A stretch of 64,000 nt of DNA from Macrostomum hystrix. Its lineage: Eukaryota > Animalia > Platyhelminthes. The stretch is from contig CATNEN010000038.1 in NCBI GenBank assembly GCA_950097015.1, positions 10,664,001 to 10,728,000 of the forward strand, read 5' to 3'. Position 1 is the stretch's first letter, and each line of letters begins with the position of its first letter. A program made the position numbers and the translations under genes. This document shows, piece after piece, positions 1 to 11,500 of this stretch. Under the pieces are notes generated by a model. That model had not been told where the DNA came from, did not search any database, and was given only the letters and a program-made list of their open reading frames with translations.

Positions 1-90
1 CCGACAATCTGACCCATTTCCGACAATCTGACCCATTTCTGAAAATCTGACCCATTTCAGACAATCTGACCCATTTCAGACAATCTGACC
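1..90. repeat. 19-bp tandem repeat (GACAATCTGACCCATTTCN), runs off the window
   Basis: Visible periodicity; Deltex intron 7. Confidence 0.9.
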
Positions 91-103
91 CAACAGGACT
101 TAC

Positions 104-3100
104 TTGGCAGGTCCGCCATCAGGCCGTGTTTTGTGGTGAATGGTGTTCCAGGTGATGGCAGTCTGCTGTCCGGTGGTGGCAGACTGGCCCAACTGAAATA
201 CAACCCGACCATTGAAGGCCGCCCTGAGTCGGGTAACAATGGAACGGCCATCTTCATTGTTGGGAAAATATGCGTCCCTGGCGATGCCCTTGTACTTAAC
301 GCCCTCGTGTGTTCCGGGCGGAAAATTGTATTTGATCACAATTGTGCCGAACTGGTTGAAGCCTTGAATGAAAGAAATACGACTCGTGTGTCAGGACTCG
401 TAAACTGATAATTCATTTATGGAATCTAACCATTGTACTGAAAGTACTCAAACCCTTCTCAATCTACTCAAACTGAAAGTACTCAAACTCTTCTCTATCA
501 ACTCAAACTGAAAGTACTCAAAACCTTCTCAATCTACTCAAACTGAAAGTACTCAAACCCTTCTCAATCTACTCAAACTGAAAGTACTCAAACCCTTCTC
601 AATCTACTCAAACTGAAAGTACTCAAACCCTTCTCAATCTACTCAAACTGAAAGTACTCAAACCCTTCTCAATCTACTCAAACTGAAAGTACTCAGACCC
701 TTCTCAATCTACTCAAACTGAAAGTACTCAAACCCTTCTCAATCTACTCAAACTGAAAGTACTCAAGCCCTTCTCAATCTACTCAAACTGAAAGTACTCA
801 GACCCTTCTCAATCTACTCAAACTGAAAGTACTCAAACCCTTCTCAATCTACTCAAACTGAAAGTACTCAAACCCTTCTCAATCTACTCAAACTGAAAGT
901 ACTCAAACCCTTCTCAATCTACTCAAACTGAAAGTACTCAAACCCTTCTCAATCTACTCAAACTGAAAGTACTCAAACCCTTCTCAATCTACTCAAACTG
1001 AAAGTACTCAAACCCTTCTCAATCTACTCAAACTGAAAGTACTCAAAACCTTCTCAATCTACTCAAACTGAAAGTACTCAAACCTTTCTCAATCTACTCA
1101 AACTGAAAGTACTCAAACCCTTCTCAATCTACTCAAACTGAAAGTACTCAAACCCTTCTCAATCTACTCAAACTGAAAGTACTCAAACCCTTCTCAATCT
1201 ACTCAAACTGAAAGTACTCAAACCCTTCTCAATCTACTCAAACTGAAAGTACTCAAACCCTTCTCAATCTACTCAAACTGAAAGTACTCAAACCCTTCTC
1301 AATCTACTCAAACTGAAAGTACTCAAACCCTTCTCAATCTACTCAAACTGAAAGTACTCAAACCCTTCTCAATCTACTCAAACTGAAAGTACTCAAACCT
1401 TTCTCAATCTACTCAAACTGAAAGTACTCAAACCCTTCTCAATCTACTCAAACTGAAAGTACTCAAACCCTTCTCAATCTACTCAAACTGAAAGTACTCA
1501 AACCCTTCTCAATCTACTCAAACTGAAAGTACTCAAACCTTTCTCAATCTACTCAAACTGAAAGTACTCAAACTCTTCTCTATCAACTCAAACTGAAAGT
1601 ACTCAAAACCTTCTCAATCTACTCAAACTGAAAGTACTCAAAACCTTCTCAATCTACTCAAACTGAAAGTACTCAAACCTTTCTCAATCTACTCAAACTG
1701 AAAGTACTCAAACCCTTCTCAATCTACTCAAACTGAAAGTACTCAAACCCTTCTCAATCTACTCAAACTGAAAGTACTCAAACCCTTCTCAATCTACTCA
1801 AACTGAAAGTACTCAAACCCTTCTCAATCTACTCAAACTGAAAGTACTCAAACCCTTCTCAATCTACTCAAACTGAAAGTACTCAAACCCTTCTCAATCT
1901 ACTCAAACTGAAAGTACTCAAACCCTTCTCAATCTACTCAAACTGAAAGTACTCAAACCTTTCTCAATCTACTCAAACTGAAAGTACTCAAACCCTTCTC
2001 AATCTACTCAAACTGAAAGTACTCAAACCCTTCTCAATCTACTCAAACTGAAAGTACTCAAACCCTTCTCAATCTACTCAAACTGAAAGTACTCAAACCC
2101 TTCTCAATCTACTCAAACTGAAAGTACTTAAACTCTTCTCTATCAACTCAAACTGAAAGTACTCAAACCCTTCTCAATCTACTCAAACTGAAAGTACTCA
2201 AACCCTTCTCAATCTACTCAAACTGAAAGTACTCAAACCCTTCTCAATCTACTCAAACTGAAAGTACTCAAACCCTTCTCAATCTACTCAAACTGAAAGT
2301 ACTCAAACCCTTCTCAATCTACTCAAACTGAAAGTACTCAAACCTTTCTCAATCTACTCAAACTGAAAGTACTCAAACCCTTCTCAATCTACTCAAACTG
2401 AAAGTACTCAAACCCTTCTCAATCTACTCAAACTGAAAGTACTCAAACCCTTCTCAATCTACTCAAACTGAAAGTACTCAAACCTTTCTCAATCTACTCA
2501 AACTGAAAGTACTTAAACTCTTCTCTATCAACTCAAACTGAAAGTACTCAAACCCTTCTCAATCTACTCAAACTGAAAGTACTCAAAACCTTCTCAATCT
2601 ACTCAAACTGAAAGTACTCAAAGAAACTTTTTAAACTACTCAAACTAAAAATTACTCAAAACCTTTTTAATCTACTCAAACCATAAGTAACCTTCTCAAA
2701 CTGCTCAACATGGGTTTAGCCAGCTAAGGCCTTACCCAACAGTGGCCGCTGGTCAATGCGCTCAATCATGCTGCCATTCGGTGGCTGATTGCCCACAGCC
2801 GGCCGGTAGCGCTGAAAGCAGAGAACGCATTTTCCGTCATTGGGCTGCAACGGATCACTCATCCTGTCAACGCAGCCGCGGCAAAGCTGACGCCCGTCAG
2901 GATCGCAGTGGAACGGAGCGCCGGTACAGTTGGCGGAGAACTCATTCGAGCAGATAAGACAGCTGCCGGATGCCGGGTTGTCAGGGTCGTTGTCAGGGAC
3001 CGTATCCATGGCCTCAGGAACACTCTCGTCGGGAGGAGCTGAGGCGATAGACTCAGGCGGCTGGTTATCTGAAATTTCAAATCAAATTTTAAATTTTACT

Positions 3101-5698
3101 TTTTTGATTTTTTCTCGCATGATTAAAAGTAGAGTAAAACTCATGCATTTTTAATTAGGAAAAATTCTCTTTGGAAACAGACCCCAGGGTGGGTTCAAGA
3201 AAATACACAGAACAACAGCCGGAGCATTGCTAAAAAATCATAAATTCTTTCTAACCGTAGCTCGTTGTCAATTATTTATTCGGAATTAGACAGCTCACAG
3301 TATGCCCTGTTGAAGGCTCTCTAAAATATATATTCAAGTCTGTGGAATTCATAATAAAGCTTATTGCACTACTTATTGACACTTTTTTGAATTACAAGTA
3401 GCATAGTAGACATTTTATGTTTTCTTCTAGTTTTGCACAGAAAAATAAATTACACAATTTAAAACCTGAATACATTAGGCGTTTTGTCATGAAAAGAGAT
3501 GAACAAAAAACGAGTAATCTGATATTCACTAGATACTACTGGGTTGTCAGTAGACAAGAAGCGTCTAAAACACTGGTCGGCAAACTTGTTAGCGTTCGGG
3601 ACACGGAGAGAATCGAAAAGACGACAGCATAAAATGAAGGAATATGAGAAAGATGGATAAGACTGGGGAGAAATGAGACAGGGAGAGATGAGATGAGACA
3701 GATTAGATGGAGAAGAGATTAGAAAGGGGGGGAGAAATGAGACAGGGGAGAAATGAGACAGGGGAGAAATGAGACAGGGGAGAAATGAGACAGGGGAGAA
3801 ATGAGACAGGGGAGAAATGAGACAGGGGAGAAATGAGACCGGGGAGAAATGAGACAGGGGAGAAATGAGTCCGGGGAGAAATGAGACAGGGGAGAAATGA
3901 GTCCGGGGAGAAATGAGACAGGGGAGAAATGAGTCCGGGGAGAAATAAGACGGGAGAAATGAGACAGGGGAGAAATGAGACAGGGGAGAGATGAGACAGG
4001 TGAGAGATGAGACAGGTGAGAGATAAGACAGAGAAGAGATGAGACGGAGAGATGAGATGAGACAGAGAAGAGATGAGACAGGGGAGAGATGAGACTGAGA
4101 TGAGATAAGACAGGAGAGATGAGACGGGAGACACGGGAGAGATATGACTCTCTATCTCCAGATGAGAGAGATGCAACAGGGAAAATACGAGATAGGATAC
4201 TATAGGTGTCGGAAGGGGCAACGGGCCGGATTTGGGAGCTTCGAGGGCCGGAGGCCGACCTATGGTCTCTAAAACGACTCACTAATCGACGCCAAAGCTG
4301 CAGATGCTGTCGACTGCGAAGTTGCAACTTCGCCCGGCAACCGCCTAGCAACGGCGCCAGCCAGAGCTAGCACAGCGTCGCGAGCAACGCAGCAGACGCG
4401 CAGCTCCAGCGTGGAAGCCTTGGAGGAGCCGCTGCCTGCGAGGGCCCCGGACTCGACTAAGCGGACAATGGCACCGGCCAGAGCCTCGGCCCATTCGTGC
4501 GATCCGCCGCCCCAAAGAGGCAGGCTGGAGCCTAGCGTTGGCATGGCAACGCTTTGCAGGCCTTCGCTAGAGGCCATTCGAGCCAGGCGAATAAGCAGAC
4601 GATCCAGGCAGTCGTCCATGGCGCGACTGAAGGGAGGTTCGGGAAAGGGAACTCATGATGAGCGATCAGCTTAAAGTAAATAATCTAATACTTAAAATCC
4701 CAAGAATCTGAAGCTACAAATCCCAAGAATCTGAAGCTACAAAATTCCAAGCATCTGAAGCTACAAATCCCAAGAATCTGAAGCTACAAATCCCAAGAAT
4801 CTGAAGCTACAAATCCCAAGAATCTGAAGCTACAAATCCCAAGAATCTGAAGCTACAAATCCCAAGAATCTGAAGCTACAAATCCCAAGAATCTGAAGCT
4901 ACAAATCCCAAGAATCTGAAGCTACAAATCCCAAGAATCTGAAGCTACAAATCCCAATAATCTGAAGCTACAAATCCCAAGAATCTGAAGCTACAAATCC
5001 CAAGAATCTGAAGCTACAAATCCCAAGAATCTGAAGCTACAAATCCCAAGAATTTGAAGCGCAAACCGGCGCACCGGAAGCTGTCTCCGCTGCCTAGCTG
5101 TCGCTCCAGACGTCGGTCATTGGGCAGAGCAATGAACAGAATCTTTCGGAAGCCTCCGCCGCCGCGATGGCACAGGTAGGTGTCACCAAAGGCCATGGCA
5201 CCGCCAGGCAGAGAGCTCAAGTGGCGCCTTGAATCTGTATCGACGTCTCTGCACCGGCTAGCAACAGCCTTGGCTAGTCCGTACTGCAGAGACAGTGTCA
5301 GGTTGGTGGGCACAATCAACAAGTCAACGCCGCCACCAGGCAGAGCAGTCAGGTCGGACAAATCGACTCGGAGCTGGCAGAGAGGACCGAAATGGAATAT
5401 GCGGCTATCTGAGTCCTGGCTGGATGAGTTGCTTTGAGCAGGCGGTGGCTGCTGCTGCTGCTGCTGCTGCTGCTGCGTGACTACAGGCGGCGAAGAAGAT
5501 GCGGACGCAGCTGCGGCCTCTGCTAGAAGGGCTTCAGGAAAAAGAGGTCGTCGTGGGCGCCTGCTGGCTGACGCTGGTGCGGGGACAGGTGCGACTGCCG
5601 CACCAGATGGCGTTGAAGCTTCGGTCTGGCAATGAGGAAAGTAAAACGACTTTATGACAGACAGACAGACAGGCATACCCAGAGACAGATAGACAGAC

Positions 5699-5750
<52 letters not shown>

Positions 5751-5777
5751 TGACAAAGAGACAGACAGAAGACAGAC

Positions 5778-5813
<36 letters not shown>

Positions 5814-7356
5814 CGACAAAGAGACAGACAGACAGAAGACAGACCGAAGACAGGCATACCCAAAGACAGACAGACAGACAGACAGACAGACCGACAAAGA
5901 GACAGACAGACACACAGACAGACAGACAGACAGACAGTCAGACAGGCATACCCAAAGACAGATAGACAGACAGACAGACAGACAGATAGACAGACCGACA
6001 AAGAGACAGACAGACAGACAGACAACGCACCCGAGAACTGACTGTGGCAGCAGCATAGGAGGTCCCAGCAGTAGGAGTCGACGCTGCTTGAGCAGCTGGG
6101 GCCGCTGCAGTCGCAGGTGCCTCTGCAGTCACAGGTGCCAGCTGCAGACGAGCCAGCCAGCTTAGAGCAGATTCCAGCACTTCCTCAGTGCAAGCAGCCA
6201 CAGAGACATACAGTGGCTCATTGGAGCCAGGCAGGCCAGGATTCAGGCAGCGGACAGAGGCACCAAACCACACACGGAGTTCCTCTGTAACAGCATCAAA
6301 GGCAGCGAGATGGCTGGGAAGCTGCATGACGCGGGCTCTGCTGGCGCAGCTGTCGGGCTAGATTTGAGAGTTAAATGCAATAAAAGAAGTATTTCTTGAC
6401 AAATTCCAAACCAAAAATTTAATATTCCTGCAACATGCAAGTTGCTTTTTTCAACTGTGACATTTCTTACCTTTTCATTACAGTCTAAAACCATGCACAA
6501 GTGACCATTTACTTCGATTTGACTTGAGCTTGACAGAACTGATTCTAGATAGGCATCTAAAAGAAGTGGAAGAGTACCAGTAGATAATTCAAATTGAAAT
6601 TCTTCTTATATATAAAAAAATAGAATATAAAACTCAGTTTAAAAACAGCTGAATTTTATAAATATGTCCATTTAAACATAACAATTACAAAAACAAAATT
6701 AGTGTGCTACAAAAATGCTTGTTAATGGGCCAGTTAATCACCAAACAAATATAGAGTTAAATGTATATAAAATATTAAGATACTTAAGCCAAGATAATAA
6801 GACCTACTAAAATTTGCATAACGCAGACTAAAATGTTTCTGTTCAGCTACTTTTCAAGTTCAAGTTAAAGAATGAATAGCAAAGTAGCTAACTATTATAT
6901 TTGCATAGCTACATTGTCATTGTCATAGACAAAAAATAAAGTAAGCATTTTTTCTGATTCAGATTTCAACTCAACAAAATAACTATTTCACTTTCCTTTG
7001 TATTACGAAATAGCAAAATTAATAATCCCATGAGAACCAGGGGTTATCAAAATAAAGATATCACCTTATTTAAAGTTCACTGCAATACATGAAATTTAGA
7101 AATGCTATAGCTAGCAGTCTAGTTCATATATACATTTATAGTCATCTAGTGGGCCTAAGCATTAACAACTGTGAAACGCTATACCTTTGTTTTTGAAGAA
7201 AACTTTTGCTTGCGATTCATCACCTTTATATGGCTTCAGAATACAAATAAAAGAATCTGGGAATGAGAACTGAAAGTAAGAGTGTAAAGCAAGCCAGTAC
7301 ACTTCCTCGATTTTTTCTTGACTTTCCTTAGAAAACTCTATAACGATCGAGAACAT
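104..7356 (-). CDS. Deltex-family (DTX3L-like) RING E3 ubiquitin ligase with an internal macrodomain; 3' partial
   Basis: Phase-consistent GT-AG exons: 7356-7185, 6556-6471, 6357-6031, 5625-5075, 4626-4283, 3068-2736, 362-104 (about 690 codons; last exon lies outside the window). Deltex C-terminal motifs: GNQP..G.M, LLG|[27 protein letters not shown]...[19 protein letters not shown]-like CLIC...C...CRGC...CVLC. Macrodomain motifs: [29 protein letters not shown]-terminal LHSYFQ...AKVFF is RRM-like. Confidence 0.88.
437..2700. repeat. 35-bp minisatellite (AAACTGAAAGTACTCAAACCCTTCTCAATCTACTC), about 62 copies
   Basis: Near-perfect period 35; fills Deltex intron 6. Confidence 0.97.
3571..4264. 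mobile_element. hAT-like MITE filled with a 16-bp GAGACAGGGGAGAAAT minisatellite
   Basis: Imperfect TIRs CACTGGTCGGC / (rc) CATAGGTCGGC. Flanks GTCTAAAA / GTCTCTAA (6 of 8 match). The unique segment 4195-4250 recurs at 50059-50114. Confidence 0.6.
4695..5060. repeat. 23-bp minisatellite (AAATCCCAAGAATCTGAAGCTAC)
   Basis: About 15 copies; Deltex intron 4. Confidence 0.95.
5656..6025. repeat. (GACA)n microsatellite
   Basis: Fills Deltex intron 3. Confidence 0.95.
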
Positions 7357-8599
7357 ATTAAAATTTTGTTGTATATATATTAGCTGGAAGGTTACAAAAT
7401 GGTAAAAAATTGAAAACGAAAATTTTGTTTCCTGTAAACTTTTTACTTTAAATTGTGTCGTTTTTGTTTTAAGTGTTCCTTTAATTTCGTGTTTATGTTT
7501 TTTACACTTTGAGCTTGCTGTAAGGTAAAAAGTATTAAAATAAAATTTATTGCTCTTGCAGCACAAACAGCACCAATTTTATAACCTTTTATATAAAGGA
7601 TGTTTCTTTCGTCAACTGTCAATGAATGATTTTAATGTGTTAAACACATGACAAAAGTCGAAAATATATGTTTAATGACTACACTCTTTACTTTTGCATG
7701 TCAGAAGTTATCATATTCAGCAGCTAATGGGGTTTCTATTGCCGATTTAAAATAAAGGGGTTTATTTCAATCGAATCGAACTTCGCCAATAAGAAGATGT
7801 ACGTGGCCGGAGAAAGAATGATATAAATATAACGGGGCTGCTATACACACAAATGTTTTTTTAATCAATAGCTTTTATTCTCATAGATTTCGCACCCAGT
7901 TTAGATTTCTAATAATAGAGCATCCTATGTGTGTTTATCTTAGCTTCCTTTTAGGTTCATGGTGTCGAAAATATAGATTGATGTCTTTTGAAACTCAATA
8001 GTGTTGTTGAATGAAAACAGCTACCTCTTTACTTTATGACGCGAAAATCACATGCTAAATTGTCCTTTCGAAGCTTCATATTTAATTCAAAAGCAGCACA
8101 AAAGAATGCATACACCACGCCTTAGCTCCATGCCATGCCATGATAGGGTATTACTCGTATGTTAGCTCCATATGTTATATATTCAAAGAAATTTGATGAA
8201 ACAGAATTGACACAGAATGTCACAAATCTCATGTGTCTGCATGCAATCCCGAAATGACTGATAGAATGTCAATTTAAATATTACATTTTAAACATGTTAA
8301 ATCTTTAATTGTCGATCAAACTCAACAATGGAGTAAAATATTGACAAGATATTCGAACATTAAGTTATTGGATATTGTTATGCTGAACAGTGTTTCGCAG
8401 TCATTTTCCTATTGGACTGGCTGCCGCGGAAATTAATTTGTTACTATGGAAACAGTTTAACCAGATCGCGGCGCTTTATATCACTTAGATAAGCCACCAG
8501 CAATGAAATGCATTGATTTCCAGCATTAAAGGATTTTGTGTCAAAAGAATTACACATATTTGACAGTGTAAATATAGAGGCTTAATCACCAAGCAATAT

Positions 8600-11500
8600 A
8601 TGTCTCCAAGAAAAATTACGGTGGCTGCTGCTGAGTCGGGAGACTTCAAAATGGCTCAGCAGCAGCCGGACCTGTCCCAACTGCAGAAGGACTCAACGGC
8701 GATGCCTTTCGCCGAGAAGCCGCTGGCGCTCCGTATCCTTGGCCTCCTGCTGGCTGTTGGCCTGCTGCTGCTGCTGTTGCACCAGTGGCGCCAGCTTTAT
8801 CGCGAATATTCGCAGTCGCCAACAGTGGCTTCAATGATGGCAGTGGAGAACTCGCCATTTCCCAGCGTGCTGGTGTGCAACAGTGTCCCGACCAGCTACA
8901 CGACGGTAACCGTTAATTGATGCTATTTTTAGAAACAATATTGGGGCAAAACCGAGGACCATTCTTAGAAGGTCGAGAGACAACGTTTAATTCTTAGAAA
9001 ATAGTTAGGAAAGCTGGCGGAAGATATATCACATACTAAAATAAATGCACACCATGTAGGATTACCAATGCCTTTACTTCACCAAACCAAATTTCCGCCC
9101 TTTACGATGAAACTTTACGACAAACTTTCAAAGCCGTCAGATTAAGCATCGTCGAGATGCTCAGCGATTTTTTTCGAAGACCCTTGTGACAAGGACAGCT
9201 AACGTTGCCCTGTGTGACTTTGGAATTAGCAGAGTAACGTAAGTTAGTTCCGTGTGAAAAGAAACATAAAGTTAGTTTCCGAGTTGCTTTATGTTTTAAT
9301 AAGCTGTCTCATGTCTCATCTCAAGCGTGTTATTCCGCTGTCTCCTGAGCACACACTCACACAGGGGTGTGTACATCTGGCCCTTACACATGACTAGCAG
9401 TGTACACTGTCACTGGGGACTTGTGGATGGGTCCTCAAGGCCATCAATTGCACAACAAAACCTTCTCTTTTCTCTCTCTCTAGCCGCGGTTAATTGATTT
9501 TCAAACTCGGCCTTTGAGATTTGATTGGCCAGCGTGTTTGTAACTATTTTTAGAATAGAACTTTGGGGAAACCACACCGCAGGTCCTGGCCCGGGCCCAG
9601 CAGCTGTTGGCAGTGGTGGCTGCGATGGCTCGCGATTTCAACGAGTCCCAGTTCGACAAGGCCAAGGCGGACATGCTGGGCGTGTTTTTCAGCTCCATGC
9701 CCGACGGTCTGGCCGCGGATTTGTTCGGCATCTGGCCGGAGACCTTCCTGCTGGACTGCAGCTTCAACGGAGCCAGGCGGTGCGTCAGTGGCGAGCACTA
9801 CAAAGTTTGGCGACACGAGCTCTACCTGAACTGTTTGCACTTTGAGTTCGACCCAGTTGAAGCAGCTTCGTTCAGCTCCCTGGAGATGACGCTGTTTGCC
9901 GAGAGTCTCGCCGGCACCGAGGAGGCGATGCGCCAGCTGCCCAGCCTCATGGGCGTCCCGCTGACCACCCTCGGCTTCGATGGCACCATCAGCGCCGATC
10001 GCTCCGCTGGCGTGGCCGTCTTCCTGCATCATCCTGGTGAGGGATGGGATTGCGTGGAGTGGGATTTGATGGGATGGGATATGATGGGATGCGATTTGAT
10101 GGGATGGGATTTGATGGGATGGGATTTGTTGAGATGGGATTTGATAGGATTTGATGGGGTGGGATTTGATGGGATGGAATTTGATGGGGTGGGATTTGAT
10201 GGGGTGGGATTTGATGGGATGGGATTTGATGGGATGGGATTTGATAGGATTTGATGGGGTGGGATTTGATGGGATGGGATTTGATAGGATTTGATGGGGT
10301 GGGATTTGATGGGATGGGATTTGATAGGATTTGATGGGGTGGGATTTGATGGGATGGGATTTGATGTCGTGGGATTTGATGGGATGGGATTTGATGGGAT
10401 GGGATTTGATGGGATAGGGTTTGATGGGATGGGATTTGATAGGATGGGGTTTGATAGGATAGGATTTGATAGGATTTGACGGGGTGGGATTTGAAGGAAT
10501 GGTGTTTAATGGGATGGGGTTTGATGGGATGGGATTTGATGGGATGGGATTTGAAGGAATGGGGTTTGATGGGATGGGGTTTGATGGGATGGGACTTGAT
10601 AGGATTTGATGGGATGGAATTTGATGGGATTTGATGGGATGGGATTTGATGGGGTGGGATTTGATAGGATTTGATGGGATTTGATGGGGTTTGATGGGAT
10701 CGGGTTTGATGGGATGGGATTTCATAGGATTGAACGTTAACATAACATTGTATTAAAAAGTTTATTAAGTGTTGCAAATATGCATTCACTGAGGAATTGC
10801 AATTACCCTTCAATCTTCCTCAGGAGGAATTCTGAGACACACGAATAATTTTCCTGTTAGAAGTTGTAAACAGCGTTGTAAACAATTCGCAAGAATCATA
10901 ATTTATTTTTTGTCAAACAGGTGCAACAGAGTTTTATTTCTAAGAATAGAAAGCGAGTCTGATTCCAATTAGTCGATATTGTCATTTGTCAATTTCGAAG
11001 GTGCAAATTGGGCAATTATCTTCTCACAATCTACTCATCAAACAGTGCCATCTGAGCTTGAGCACACAATTGTTGAAAATTTTACCTGGCTTCATCTGAA
11101 GCATTTTGAAATTAGAATAAAGCCCTTTCCTATTGTGCAGCTGCATTGTTGAGTTGATCGATTTTCCAATGCGGAACTCACAATATGAGAAACACACAAT
11201 ATGAGACATCTTGAATTCGCCAGTTACAAAGACACAACTGGCTTGGATTTAAAATCTACTCATGTTCGATTTTAATTCATTTCAAGTTGCCAGTTCGTGT
11301 TGTTTAATCGCTCCAGCAATTAACCCTGTTATAATCTCTATAGTCCATTCGATAATCTCTTCTAAAATCTATCCTCTAATGGCTCCCAATCCCTCAGATT
11401 ATCTCTGTCAGTCAATCCCAGATAATCTCGGGTACTTAATCCCTCAGTTATTCTGTCACCTAATCCCTAAAAAACTGTCACTTTATCCTTAGATAATATA

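Noticed and set aside
437-2700. CRISPR-like regular 35-bp repeats (also the 32-, 29- and 44-bp arrays)
   Set aside because: Units are head-to-tail with no unique spacers and no cas genes, in a spliceosomal-intron context.
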